In this document: positions 28,682 to 43,919 of the stretch, piece by piece
Layout: every line of letters starts with the position of its first letter
How positions within the stretch are numbered: position 1 is the stretch's first letter
Assembly: GCF_009914755.1 (NCBI RefSeq)
Contig: NC_060928.1
Direction: 5' to 3' (one strand)
DNA: 64,000 nt
Origin: the human T2T-CHM13v2.0 reference genome, Homo sapiens
Program-made: the position numbers and the translations under genes
The notes under the pieces: generated by a model
Told to the model about the DNA's origin: nothing
Seen by the model: only the letters and a program-made list of their open reading frames with translations
Databases searched by the model: none

Positions 28682-28925
28682 AGGATAGAGTGGTGGTTAA
28701 GAATTCAAAACCTGTCTCTGCCACTTACTAACTGTGTGTCCTTGGGCAAGTAGCTTAATTACTCTATGCCACAGTTTCTTCATCTGAAAAACACAATAAT
28801 AATAATAATAGTAATAATAATATCAACCACATATGATTGTGAAGATTCAATGAAATCGGCACATGCAGAGTGCTGAGAACTGTGCCTAACAAATTGCAAG
28901 CACTCAATAAATATTTGTTACTATG
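28682..28925 (+). mobile_element. MIR SINE nested in L2 fragments (about 28470-29400)
   Basis: ctctgccacttactaactgtgtgtccttgggcaagtagcttaa...cagtttcttcatctgaaaa...gcactcaataaatatttg. Confidence 0.85.
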
Positions 28926-30654
28926 AATTGCATCATTTACACACAGACTTTCCTCTCCAGCCTCACTACCACTACCCCATAGCCTCCAAGCCCATCTTTT
29001 AAAATTCAAACTTCAACTGCACCTTCCTCCTTGTTGTTCTCAGATTGCTGCCACAGTGATCTGTCTAGGAGCATCCCTAAGTAGGGAAACTGGGTGCTGC
29101 CCAGGGCCTATGCTTAGGGAACAGGGGTGGGGGTATCCCCAAGGGTAGGCCCTGGGGTGGAGGTATCCCAAGAGGCCCACAAAATATGCCAACAGCACAG
29201 CCTTCTCTCAAGTACAAATACCTTGGGCAACTTCTGTACTAGTGAATTTGCCCTCTTCTCACAACCCCAATCTTCTAGGGGCTGCCATCTACTAAATAAT
29301 GAACTAATTAAGGGTAGAGTCTATATCATTTATCTTTGTACCCCTCCAATATAGCTCAGGGCCTGGCATGTAAAGAGGCTTTCAAAAAATGCTTCTTGAA
29401 CGGTTACTTGGATGGCCATTATGCATTCTGTAGGTCCAGAGCAATTCACTATATTTTGACAACCAAGCAAATCAGGCCAAAGGGCAAAAATTAAACCTGA
29501 GATATTTGGTTCCTAAAGCCTCTATATACCGTTTATTCATACACTTTCTCTAAAAGGAGGATAATAATTGCACCTATCAGGTAACACATGTCACACAACT
29601 CCACCCTGTTTCAATGTCACAACCAGGACAACTAGAGGAAGGTTTGCTAGAGTCTAGCAGGGAAATGATTATGGAAGCTTAAGGGAGCTGACGGCACATT
29701 TACCCATCCAAAAAATACTTCTTTAACATCTACTATGCACCTGGCACTGTCCTCACAGGGGATCAGGGCTTCTGTACTGTACAGCTCAAGGGGTGCCATT
29801 TATACCCCTGTGGAAGATACGGGTTAAGGCTCAGTCTTGTTTACACATAGCACAGCACAGCACAGCACAGCATTTGGGAACTCTGGTTCTTTTCAGTAAA
29901 GAATTAGTTTTCTTTGAATGGAATTTTTCCTCGTTATTTCTTCTAACTGTTGATCATAATGTATCCCTTTCAGTTTACGTAATGCTTCATATTTGAACAG
30001 TCTGACTTTTCTGTTTCAGTCCCACAAAGACACTCATATCTTCCTCAGCACCAAAACTATGTAATTAAGAAAAATGGAGTGTCAGATGCCACACAGAAGT
30101 ATCCATCTTTGAGCGAAAACCAGCTTGCTTTCTGTCCTGGAAAATTGGGTTTTCAAGTGAATAAAGCTTCAGTTAATGTTCTAGGTCCTAAGCTGTCATT
30201 GACTCCTGTGACCTTTGGTGGATCGAGTGTCTCCTCTGGGCCTTGAGTTCCTTCTCCCTAATAGGTAATTGATATTCCCACCCCAGGGCTACAAACAAGG
30301 GGCCACCTGCCCTTTAGACCGATCACCTGCATCAGGGAGAAGATTCAAGGGCTTGGTTTAGAAATGCCCAGGACTTTGACAGGATCTAAAGATTATGAGA
30401 GAAAAAATGGCTTTTCTTTAAAGACCTCTTGGTTTTCTGTGGGGAAAGAAGGATCTTCCTCTTACATATGTCTTTCTTGACCTGAGTTCTAAATATTTTG
30501 TTTAAAATACTCAGAGTGCCCTCCTCCTTCCCCAACACACACACTCACACAATTACTATCCTACTAGCCACTAATTGTTGAAAGCATCGTTTCTCAGCCA
30601 TTTTAATTCCACAAATACATGGTGGTACTGTTATGTACTGTTATGTACCGTGTT

Positions 30655-30765
30655 TTATGCATATATATGTGTGTGAATGTATATATATACACACATATAT
30701 ATACACATATTATATACATATATACATAGTGCAAATATCTATCTCATACACACACACACACACAC

Positions 30766-30800
<35 letters not shown>
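30655..30800. repeat. Compound (TA)/(CA)/(TG) microsatellite
   Basis: Directly visible alternating purine-pyrimidine tract. Confidence 0.95.
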
Positions 30801-30804
<4 letters not shown>

Positions 30805-30986
30805 ACCCCCAAGAAACAATTTTCAGCCTCTAGAAGGTGATATGGCCCTTGGTGAGATTTTGTGGCCTAGAGAGGGCAATTAATCAATGTAATATTTTAA
30901 AACTAAGTTTTACTTTCTGTATATCTTAATTAAATGTTTATTTGATTTATAGGAATGCTATTCAGTTCCCTCAGACTCAGAGTCTT

Positions 30987-31398
30987 TGTTGGTAGCAATG
31001 AACATTTGCTGCAGGAAAGCCAGTGCTAGAGAAGTAGGGGGCTCACTGTCCTAGCAACAGGGAAGGGTGTTCATTGATGACCTTGGCTCTGGACACCTTC
31101 GGCTCCCAACACTCACAGGGAATTGCTGCCTTACCTAAGCCCAAATTCTTTCCAAGCCAGTCTGCAACCAATGACTGGTCAATGTGGGCTATAAAAGCTC
31201 ACCCCCTGTCACCCCAACTTGAAACAACTCGCAAAAACTATCCCATTTTCAGAGCACCCCATGTGGTTTGCTGAGGCCAATCAACCACCCAACTTCTCCC
31301 TCTGTCCAAGGTTTTGACATCAAGAGCACTCCGTAATAAACTTGCTGCATACCAATCTCCATCTCAGAGTCTATTTTGGGGAAAACCTTACTAGGACA
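30987..31398 (+). mobile_element. ERVL solo LTR (LTR16-like)
   Basis: caaccaatgactgg...gctataaaagctcacccc...ccccaacttg...aataaacttgctgcataccaatctccatctcagagtct...ctaggaca. Confidence 0.75.
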
Positions 31399-31899
31399 TT
31401 TGCACAACCACTTCTATTTTCCCATGTTGGTTCTCATCCCTTTCTGTCATCCATTCTCCTGAGCCTTTCCCTTTTTTGTCTCAGGTCCTTCTTTTCTGTA
31501 CCGTCTTGACAAATCCCATTCTATTCTCTATAATCTATACAGCAAACTCTTCTCATTTCGAAGCTATAGTCTTCAAAGTAGTCAGCATCCCAGAAAGTTT
31601 GAAAAGTATTCATCACTTTATGACAGAAAAAATATTGGAATTTCTATTTCTATTTGTTTTTCATCCAAACACTAAAAAATAAATTAAGCTTGACTAATAT
31701 CATATATACAGAATGACAGTGGCACATTCTCACAATTGGCTGCATATCCAAAAGTTAAATATGGGGCATGGTGAATGAGGTACCCCGAGAATCATGGAAG
31801 TCCCAGGCTCTGAGGAGATGGCAGCGGCATCCTTAACCACTGATTTGCTTTCAACATAGTGCAAGTATCTATCTCATTAAATATATTTATAAATTATTT

Positions 31900-33205
<1,306 letters not shown>

Positions 33206-33513
33206 AAACAACCTAAAGGATGTTGCTTGTATTATTTTCCTGTGGCTGCTGGAACAAATTACCATTATTTAGTGATATTAAACAACAGAAATTTATTCTT
33301 TCACAGTTCTAAAGGCCAGAATCCCCAGCCGGAAATCAAGGTGTTGGCAAGAACTCTCTCCCTCCAGAGGCTCTGGGGAGAACTGCCCTTGCCTCTTGCA
33401 GCCTTTGGTGGCATTTCTTGGCTTGTCGCTGCATCACTCCAATCTTCAAGGCAAGCATCTTTAAATTTCCCTCTGCTCCATCTTCTATCTCCTCAGTGTG
33501 TGTGAAAATCTCC

Positions 33514-33603
33514 CACCATGGCACACGATTATCAACGTAACAAACCTGCACACCTGGCACATGTACCCCGGAACTTAAAATAAAAATAAAAATTAAGAAA
33601 AAA
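33514..33603 (+). mobile_element. Very short 5'-truncated L1PA insertion (~90 bp)
   Basis: caccatggcacacg...gtaacaaacctgcaca...cacatgtaccccggaacttaaaataaaa plus A-tail; TSD gaaaatctcc / gaaaatcccc. Confidence 0.85.
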
Positions 33604-33646
33604 GAAAATCCCCTCCCCATACCTCCTTCTAATAAGAACACAAGTG

Positions 33647-34136
<490 letters not shown>

Positions 34137-34449
34137 CTACCATGCTGTTTATTGTAAAATTCTTCAAAACTCTACTAGGCATAAGAATCAGCTTGAGAAG
34201 CTTGCTAAAAGTGTAGACAAGTGTGTCTCACTGAGAGATTGAGTTAGTAAGATTGGGGGTGCAGATGGGTCTAAGAAATTGCATTTTTGAAACACCAGCT
34301 GATTTTGATGTGCAGACAAACACTGTTTTAAAAGTATGCTGTTCCCCGTTCTTACTGTCCCTCAATTCCACCACATTTGGAATAATAAAGTATTCATCAT
34401 GTGCTTTTAATTTCTTAAAAGATGATTATTTCCTCTAACACACACTTAC

Positions 34450-34668
34450 ATAGCTCTTACCATGGCACTATTCTGAGTTACTTACAAATATTAACTCATT
34501 TAATTCTCCTAATCACCCTGTGAAGTAGCCACTATTATTATCCTCATTTTACAGAGGAGACTGAAGCACCTAGCGTTAAATAATTTGTCCCAGGTCACAC
34601 AGCTACACATCATCAGAGTCCAAATTTGCACCAGTGTCTGGCCCTCCAGCCTATGTCTTAACTGGCCA
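34450..34668 (-). mobile_element. MIR SINE
   Basis: attaactcatttaattctc...ctcattttacagaggagactgaagcac...ccaggtcacacagcta. Confidence 0.8.
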
Positions 34669-35065
34669 TAAAGCTATTTTACTGTCTTAAAACCACATTA
34701 CTTAACTTTTGTTACCTGTTTTGAGAATCTTCTAAATGAAGTTTCAGTACAGTATGAAAATGTTTTTTGAAACTATAAAAATATCTCCCTCCAAATCTGT
34801 AATTATCTGGAATGTTTAAAAGTGGTTCTTAAAGCTAAGCTTTGATATTGACAGAGATTTTATGGGATATAGAGTGAAACTGAAAAATGTTCGATTATTA
34901 TGGGTAAATTCCAGAAATATCTGATTCTACAAAAAGTTCTCAATATGCTTTATTTAAACTTGAGTTAAAACCAAAGATTAAACAGATGAGAACGATGACC
35001 AACAATGAAGTACAAAATAGTGTTGAGGTCTGCAGAGTTAACATCTGTCCATTTCAGTTTTAAGG

Positions 35066-35251
35066 AGGGGTTCTTGGACTTCCACACATTTCAGAACCCT
35101 AGAGGGTTTGTTAAAACACAGGTTGCTGGGCTTTACCCTCAGAGTTTTTAATTCAGTAGGTCTGTGATGTGCCCAAGAGTACATGTTTAACAAGTTTACA
35201 GGTAGTGCTAGCTACTGTGGCTGTCCTGAGGCCACACTCTGAGAACCACTG
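35066..35251. mobile_element. MER5A-like MITE
   Basis: gtttgttaaaacacaggttgctgggc...cagagtttttaattcagtaggtctg...ccacactctgagaaccactg. Confidence 0.75.
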
Positions 35252-35907
35252 CAGGGAACATATGTTGAGGATCTACCATGTCAGAGACAACAAGGTAAGT
35301 GCCAGAGGAGCAAAATGCATAAAACAAGTCCCAGGCCTCCAGGAGCTAATAGCCATGAAAGCCTAATGGGCAAAGAAGACATGTCATAAGTTCATTTTAA
35401 TCTGCAGTAGATGTCTGATAATCTAGTGTTTAGTACCCCAGATACCCTAATAGTTCAACTTCAGTCAGAAGTAAAGTAATACAGACTATCTTTATGTCTT
35501 ACAATCTTGATGGTCACACATGCAGATTGTTAGGGTGAATTTTCTTAACTGGCCAGGTGAATCTGTCATTAACTCAGAAATCTTCCAAGAAATAGAAAAG
35601 TAAGAGGAAAATCGTAAATAAATTAATCTGTCACCAACTGCTGATTATAAGTTACTCAATGTTTTCAGCCAGTCATTACTCTATGCCAGAAATAAAATAT
35701 CTATCAGAGACATGATCAAGAAGGCAGGAAACACCCTCCTACGTCTGTACTGCCTACTGCTTCAACTTCAGATGGTCTTAAGTCAACCCTGGATGAAGAT
35801 GTTGAAGATAATACCAATGAGTGGGCTCACAAGCTCACAAATGTCAGTCATTTGACAGATATTTGCTCTGCACGATATGACCTGGCAACTAATGTTCTAA
35901 GGGCATA

Positions 35908-36920
35908 TGTAGCTGACTAGCTTAAAGTCTGCTAGGATATACCAATATCTGGGTTCTCCTTTTCCTCCTAGCCATGATGTCTAAACTACACTTCCCTCTT
36001 ACTAAGGTGTGGTTGTATGACCAAATTGTAATCAGTAAAGTTAAGTGGAAATAACTGGGCTCCTCCTGGCCTGACCCATAAACATCTCTGGTGCATAAAA
36101 GTCTCTCCTTTTTGGACACTGATATACTGCTGGTAGAAATGTAAATTAGTATAATCTTTATGGAAAACAGAATGGAAATTTCTTAAAAAACTAAAAGTAG
36201 AACTACTATTTGATAAAGGAAATGAAGGAAGGAAACCTACACACATACATTTATTGCAGCACAATTCATAATTCATAATTGCAAAGACAAGTAACCAACC
36301 TAAGTGCCTGCCCATCAACCAATGAGTGGATAAAGAAAATGTGGTATATATAGATGTGGAATACTACTCTGCCATAAAAAAGAATAAAATAATATATTTT
36401 GCAGAAACTTGCATGGAGTTGGAGGCCATTATTCTAAGTGAAGCAACTCAGGAATGGAAAACCAAACACCGCATGTTCTCACTTGTAAGTGGGAACTGAA
36501 CTATGGGTATGCAAAGGCATACAGAATGGTATAATGGACTTTGGAGACTCAGAAGGGGGGAAGGTGGGAAATGGTAGTAGAGAAAAAACTACATATTGGG
36601 TACAATGTATACTACTTGTCTGACTAGTACACTAAAATATCAGACTTCACTACTATACAATTCATCCATGTAACCAAAAACCACTTATCCCCAAGAGCTA
36701 TTGAACTTGAAAAAAAAAAATTATCTGTTTTTTCATTCTCCAGCTGAATGGATAAGACACTAAGAATATAAAAGAGGGTAGAACTGTAAGATGGAAGGAA
36801 GTTGGGTCTCTGAATGGAACATCTCCTCATCCCTCCCATCTGAACAAGAAAATTAATTTTTATTGTATCAAGCTACTGAAATGCAGGTTTTTTTCATACA
36901 GTAGTTAGCCTGCCTGGCTA
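35908..36920 (+). mobile_element. MaLR LTR (MLT1J-like) split by an L1
   Basis: aaactacacttccc...gtgtggttgtatgacc on the left; aagatggaaggaagttgggtctctgaatg...gctactgaaat...gtagttagcc on the right. Confidence 0.6.
36112..36720 (+). mobile_element. L1PB 3' end
   Basis: ctatgggtatgcaaaggcatacagaatggtataatggactttggagactcagaaggg...catgtaaccaaaaaccactt...ctattgaa plus poly(A). Confidence 0.9.
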
Positions 36921-39214
36921 GTGAGTATTATTATTACCATTCAAAAGCAGAAGTTTTAAGAATGTAAGGAATGGAATTTAAATTATAAATATATGTTTAA
37001 GTTTCATTCTAGTGAAAATAAGATACTTGAAAATGACAATAGAACAATGTCTGGAAAATCTGGCATGGTCCTGTCTGCATTGCAGTTTTAATAGAGACAG
37101 TCACTGTTTGCCAGGGCAAGGGAGAAGGGAGATACTTCCCAATCTGAGAACTCAGTTAACATCAATGTAGAATATAATTACATATAATTTTTAGAAGAAT
37201 TATCAGTATATTGGAAAAGCATCTTAATCTTTTACTCAGCCAAACCTAAAAGAAATCCAGCTGTTCAGGCCATAAAGATCATAATTCAGAGCCTGTTATT
37301 CATTTGGTCATTGACAATGATTATGGGAACACAACACAGAGGAGGAAATAACACAGCTCCTAACCTTCTAGTCTAGAAAGTCTAAACCTATAAAGTCGCA
37401 GTAATGTCCTTCTTTCCCTTACATTGTCCTACCCTATCTTGCATGAGTGAACAGAGATCTCTATACCACAAAGGTGACAGGTCACTGTGATAAACACAGA
37501 CCAAAACCGACAGTACTGACACCAGCAGAGAGAACATCTGTAGGCAATGTCTTAGCAGTATCACAAAGCATCAGGAGTTGTCAGGACCCCGACACTGCGT
37601 CACGATTTCCTTACCACTCCTCAGGGTACTGGGAGAGGGGAGGAATCAATAGGCAGGTCTTCGAGTCATCATCCAGGATCAAACCCTAGTCCCTTCCTCA
37701 TGTAAAAGTCACTCGCTGAGGATTTGTCAAGAGTCGAATGCCAGTCGGTGTTCCTGGGAATGAAAATCAGTATCCTTGTCAATGAGCTTCCCCTGCTCAA
37801 GTTGGTGAACATGGATATTCCCAATCCTTCTCATGATTTCATTGCTTTCCCACCTCCCCCCTCACCCCCCAACACACACACAACTGTTTTCCTTTGTCTC
37901 TTGCCAAATACAAAGAAACTACTTCTTAAATTTCAGCTTCTATTATGTGAACATCTGTGAGCAAATAAACTGTGAATATGGTTTCCATCTTTTTCCCTGC
38001 TTGGGACCCCTCATTTCACTTCCAACCCATTGAGGCCCGATGCATCTGGCAGATGAGTTGGTGCTCAGTGGGGTGGCTTTAAATCTATAAATGATTCAAA
38101 GGCAATAAACAAAACAAAGACTCCCACCCTTTCACTGAGAAAGGAGACTGTAGTTAGAAGATTATCACCTTAGGCTACAATTTAGAAAATTATTTTTCAA
38201 TCTCAAAATGGCTAATGATATAAAGATAAAAGAAAATTCTCCTGAATATTATTAGAAAATTCCCTGTCATTTTCTATTCTGCTTCCATGTTGGTTATTAG
38301 TAATATGGTGCTACAGGAACTTAACTAAAGGGCCATACTGGAAATTCTAGCAAGCTTTGTGAATATAAACACTATAAAATTAGAAACAAAATACCACTTT
38401 AGCCTAAGAAAACATATTTTAAGTGATCAATAGAACATGAATATTTTTGGAGGGGTTATTTTCCACAGTGTGCTCCCATGGCATTATTGCATAAATCAAG
38501 GGGAAATCAAGGTACTGGGGACACCTGGTCTGCTGGCATCTTGGTCATCTTTCCTTTAAGAGGAGTTGGGGGATTATCAGGCTGAGCCAAAATATAAGTC
38601 ACCCTAAATGTTTGTAGACTTGGTGAGACTACTCCTTTGCTTCTAAGGTTACTAAGACAAGATCTGGAAATGAGCCCCCAAAAAGGGTTTTAGATATGGC
38701 AATATAAATAAGCTGTTTCTAAATATGGTTAGCTTTGTGAGGGAGTGATGCTGTCATTGGGGTGACAGCCTTAAGAGGGGCTACATCCCAATTATCCACC
38801 CCAATTCATTCACAAGCCTCTTGTAAGAGCAGATAAAAACAGCTATGAATGAGGATCTCCAAATTCAGAAGTGAGAATCTCCCAAGTTTCTCATTATACT
38901 TAGAGCATTCAAAATCAGTCTGGCCATCTCCGGCTTGGAAAAGATATAGGACTTGGCAGGAAAAGGGAGGCAGGCTGGGCAGAGACAGCAGCATATGTGG
39001 AATACCATTGGGACTTTTGGACATCACCTCTGCTCTCAGGCAGGGCTCTGTCATAAATAAGAGCTGAGTTTCTCTTGGGACTGAGTAGCTGGTGTGTTTG
39101 CCAGTGTGAGGGGACACATTATCCACTTGTGTAAACACAAAAGTTATAAACCATTGGTAGAGTCTTGACACATAGTTCCTACTGGGTAATGACTATAAGG
39201 AAATCTCTGTGATT

Positions 39215-40450
39215 GTTCATTTGTTCATTCATGCATTCATTTATTCAGCACATGTATATGGAGCACAGCTACATGTGAAATGCTAAGCACCACTCTATGC
39301 TGAGGGTACAGCTGTGAACAGATGAAGACCCTGTCCTCATGGTGCTTACATTTCAATAAGAGAAATTGAGAACCCCCAAAAAGTCAATGAACAAAGTACT
39401 TGCTCATTGTGATATGTACAGCAGGCCCTTGAATAACATCATTTCATTCAATGTTGTTTCATTATAACATTGAGAAAAAAAATTAATTCTTGGCAGGTCC
39501 ACTGTCTGTGAGGGGTTTGCACATTCTTTCCATGTCTGCGTATGTTTTCTCCAGGTACTCAGGTTTCCTCCCACATCCCAAAGATGTGCACATTAGGTGA
39601 ATGGGCATGTCTACATGGTCCCAGTCTGAGTGAATGTGGGTGTGCATGAGTGTGTCCTACGATGGGATGGCTCCCATCCAGGGCTGGTTCCCACCTTCTG
39701 CCCTGAGCCGCAGGATCAGCTCCGGCCACTTGCATGCCAAACAGAATTTGGATAATTATCTTACTTGTTTTGATTAATTTTTCTTAAATGTATGTATAGC
39801 TCACATTTATTTCAATGTTTAATATTAGAAGTGTTTTGGTCTTTATTTAGGAGTTTGGTGATGTTTTTGTAACCAGAAATACGTCGTGGGAACTTAACTC
39901 TTGTTTCCATCAATTAGGCTATAGTAAAATTGGTTTCATTATACATCATTTTGCTTAAAGATGTAGTTTTCATGACAATGTTAAGTGAAGACTTTCTTTA
40001 AAGGAATTAAGCGGGGTGCAGAGATACAAAGCAACAGGGTAGACATAGTTCATATGGAGTGTTCAGGGAAAGATCTCTCTGACATTAAAGGTGACATTTA
40101 AGCATCTAAGACTTGAAGCATGAGAAGAAGCCAACCATGCAAAAGCCAAGAGAGGAGCATTCCAGACAGAGGAAAGAGCAAGCTCAAGGCCCTGGGGCAG
40201 CACAGCACTGAGCACTGAGCAGAGGCCAGCAGTCCTGGAGCAAGGCTGAGAGCAGACAGGAGCCAGAGCCTACAGGGGGTAGTGAGCCCTGGTCAGGCAT
40301 GCACAGTTTATTTTAAGGCAATGGGAAGACTTTGAAGGATTTTAAGCAAGAAAATGACAAAATCTGATTTATGGTTTCAAAAGCTCTCTTTGGCTGCTCT
40401 GTGGAAAATGGATTGGACAAGGAAAGAGTGGAAGGATATTGTGCTAAGAC
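39215..40450 (-). mobile_element. L2 3' fragment interrupted by MER6
   Basis: ttcattcatgcattcatttattcagcac...ccctgtcctcatggtgcttacatt and, after MER6, gcattccagacagaggaaagagc...tgacaaaatctgattt. Confidence 0.8.
39419..39998 (+). mobile_element. MER6/MER6A (TcMar-Tigger)
   Basis: cagcaggcccttgaataacatc...gtttgcacattct...ggtttcctcccacatcccaaagatgtgc...gttaagtgaagactt, flanked by TA on both sides (39417-39418, 39999-40000). Confidence 0.9.
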
Positions 40451-42261
40451 TCAAGATGAGTTAAAACATGGTCCATGCAACAGAGGAGTTCACAGTCTGA
40501 TGTGAGACAGGTGAGTGAATACACGACTACAGTGGGGTGTGTGCAGCGGAGTGCATGTGCTCCAGGCACCAGGGCAGTACAAAGAAGGAAAAACCTGGTT
40601 TCATTTCCTGTCACCTATCAAATGAAACCATGTCAAAATAAAGTCAGATGGATGTAGATGACTTTACCTGGTATCATTAAAATGTTGATTGATCTTCATG
40701 CAAAAACTGATACAACTGGAAAACCACTGAACATTTGATCAGAAACTGAAGACTATATATAGGGAAACAAGAGATTTTGCTAGTGATCCCTAGTTTATAA
40801 AAAGAGCCTATTCCAACAGTTCAATTGGAAGTCTTTAGTTTAGAATACATTTTTTTCTGACAAATTCTAGCATCAAGTTTCTCTGGGTGTAGTGATGTCT
40901 CAATTATAACCCTGTACTGAGATACTGGAAAAAAAAAAAAAAAAAAAAACACCTCCCTTAGTACTCAGGAAAATTTACCCCTCAGATTTGTCAGGCTGTG
41001 GAGCTTAATGCAGATTACCAAAGGCATTTTCTATCTTAAGGAGTCAACAGTGGCATAGCTGCTTTGAGGTCCAAGTGAGTAGTAAGGATCTCGGCAGGAT
41101 GAAAAGCACAGGAAGGAGGTGAGAGACTGTGTCACGGGAGAAGGATCTAGAATGGGGAATTAGGAAACAAGGGTGGCCACCGCCTTCACCTGCCCCCACC
41201 CCCTCCTATGTCAAGAAGACTGGCACTGGGCATGGCAGAAAAGCAAAGGAGGGAAAGGGGCTTCAGCCAGGCAGAGGGATAAAAATTTTCCTTCCCTTTC
41301 TTCACCGTCGTTACCACCTGGTGCTGGAGACATGGTGACAAGTAGAATGCACTGTGGAAAACACCACTCTGGATGTCACAGTTTGTCTATAAATCCAGTT
41401 TTGCCACTTGTTATGTGCTCTTGAGTTAGCAACTTCTCAGAGCTTTAGTTAAAATAAAACTCCTACTTAGGATTGTTTTGAAATCAAACAGGAAGTGAGT
41501 TGATTCTGCATCTATTCTTCCTTCTTTTTCTTAACCCACTTGAAACTAGCTACTGGGGTCTCATACCGGGAGAGACCCATCCTCACAACGGGGAAAAAAA
41601 ATGGCTAGAAGAAGAGAGACTGCATGTGTGTTTCCTGCTGGGACAGTGGCTACAAAGAAGGGACAAGTCAGCTGCTCCCAAATCGAAGATTGCTCATTGT
41701 GTTCAAAAACCATAAAGATATGCTAAAAACTCTCCAGTCATTGTTCTGACATTAGCGTCTGTCATTTCAGCCCCTCCCCAAAAGCAATCTCTGTGACCTA
41801 GTTCTCTTACCTCTGATAAAGAATGAACTGATATTCATACCTCTGCAGATTTCCTTTCACCTTTCGATGACATTTTTTAAACTCCTTATTATTAATAGTT
41901 TTCATAGCAGACATCAATAGAAACTCCACTTGTAAGAACTCCTTTCTGATAAGTTTATTTCATTAACCACCAGTACTTTCATATTTGTTATAATAGTATC
42001 TACTATAATTCACAAAGAAACACAGCACAAGATTGGAATCCCATGAGTTCGAGGACATTCTCCACATTTTCCACAAGGTATGCACAATTAGGCACATATC
42101 ATTCAGAGGTTCCCAGGGGCCTCAAAGGATTACCGTGGCTCTTTATCCTCAGTTCTCTTGGGATGCACCGTCTTCAATTAACTTTTCAATCAAACTGAAA
42201 TCATATTCTAACCTGGGACCAGCCCAGGCAAAATGCTTATTCTCTTCTCTCTGATAGCGAT

Positions 42262-42590
42262 GCAGCCTAGTGGAGTGGTTAAGAGGGTAGGGCCACAAAC
42301 TAAACTGCCTGAGTTTGAGTCTTGGTACCACATTTACAAATGACCTCAGGCAGGTCATGTACTTGTAGTCCTAGCTGCTCAGGAGGGTGAGATGGGAAGA
42401 TCACTTAAGCCCAGGAGTTTGAGGCTGCAGTGAGCTGAGATTGTGCCACTGCACTCTGGCCTGAGTGGCAGAGTGAGACCTCTTCTCCAAAAATAATAAC
42501 AACAACCACAACTAGCATTTATTGGGAGATTTTTATTAACTCTGTAAAATGGAGATAAGACTAAACTACTTTGTGAGTTAAGAAGAATAA
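42262..42590 (+). mobile_element. MIR (left part); right part resumes at about 49323-49395 after the L1
   Basis: gtggttaagagg...ctgcctgagtttgagtcttgg...ctgtaaaatggagataa on the left; aatacatataaaatgcttagaac...ctcaataaatgctagctatt after the L1. Confidence 0.8.
42348..42500 (+). mobile_element. Alu right monomer (FRAM/AluJ-type)
   Basis: tgtagtcctagctgctcaggagg...gatcacttaagcccaggagtttgaggctgcagtgagc...gagtgagacc plus an A-rich tail. Confidence 0.85.
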
Positions 42591-43919
42591 CTGGTGGCTG
42601 GCAAGATGGCCAAATAGGAACAGCTCTGTTCTGCAGCTCCCAGCGAGATCAACGCAGAAGGCGGGTGATTTCTGCATTTCCAACTGGCTCATTTCATTGG
42701 GACTCATCTCATTGCGACTGGTTAGACAGTCAGCGCAGCCCAGGGAGGGCAAGCCAAAGCAGGGTGGGGCATTGCCTCACCCGGGAAGCGCAAGGGGTCA
42801 GGGAACTCCCTCCCCCAGCCAAGAGAAGCCCTGAAGGATGTGCCCTGAGGAACGGTGCATTCTGGCCCAGATACTATGCTTTTCACACGGTCTTTGCAAC
42901 CCACTGACCAGGAGATTCCCTCAGATGCCTACACCACCAGGGCCCTGGATTTCAAGCACAAAACTGGGAGGCCATTTGGGCAGACACCGAGCTAGCAGCA
43001 GGAGTTTTTTTTCATACTCCAGTAGCACCTGGGATACCAGTGAGACAGAACTGTTCACTCTCCTGAAAAGGGGGATGAAGCCAGAGAGCCACATAGCTCA
43101 GCAGACCCCAACCCCATGGAGCCCAGCAAGCTGATACACTGGATTGAAATTCTTGCTGCCAGCACAGCAGTCTGAAATCTACCCGGGATGTTCGAGTTTG
43201 GTCGGGGGAGGGGTGTCCACCATTACTGAAGCTTGAGTAGGCAGTTTTCCCCTCACATTGTAAACAAAGCCGCCAGGGAGTTTAAATGGGGTGGAGCCCA
43301 CTGCAGCTCCACAAAGCCGCTGTAGCCAGACTGCCTCTCTAGATTCCTCCTCTCCGGGCAGGGCATCTCTGAAAGAAAGGCGGCAGCCCCAGTCAGGGGA
43401 TTATAGATAAAACTCCCATCTCCCTGGAACAGAGCACCTGGGGGAAGGGGTGGCTTCAGCAGACTTGAACTTTCCTGCCTGGCAGCTCTGAAGAGAGCAG
43501 CGGTTCTCCCAGCACAGCATTCGAGCTCTGCTAAGGGTCAGACTACCTTCTCAAGTGGGTCCCTGACCCCCTTGTATCCTGACCGGCAGACACCTCCCAG
43601 CAGGGGTCGACAGACACCTCATATAGGAGAGCTCCAGCTGGCATCTGGCAGGTGCCCCTCTGCGATGAAGCTTCCAGAGGAAGGAACAGGCAGCAATCCT
43701 TGCTGTTCTGTGGCCTCCACCAGTGATACCCATGCAAACAGGGTCAGGAGTGGATCTCCAGCAAACTCAAGCAGACCTGCAGCAGAGGGACCTGACTGTT
43801 GCATGGAAAACTAACGAACAGAAAGGAATAGCATCAACATCAACAAAAAGGACTTCCACACAAAAACCCCACCCCAAGGTCACCAACATCAAAGATCAAA
43901 GGTAGATAAATCCACAACG

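Noticed and set aside
37609-37810. CpG-containing unique segment with minus-strand donor GTG|gtaagg
   Set aside because: No convincing open frame or recognisable protein; the donor alone is insufficient evidence.
40929-40949. Isolated A21 tract as a retrocopy tail
   Set aside because: No upstream Alu, L1 or mRNA body and no TSD visible.
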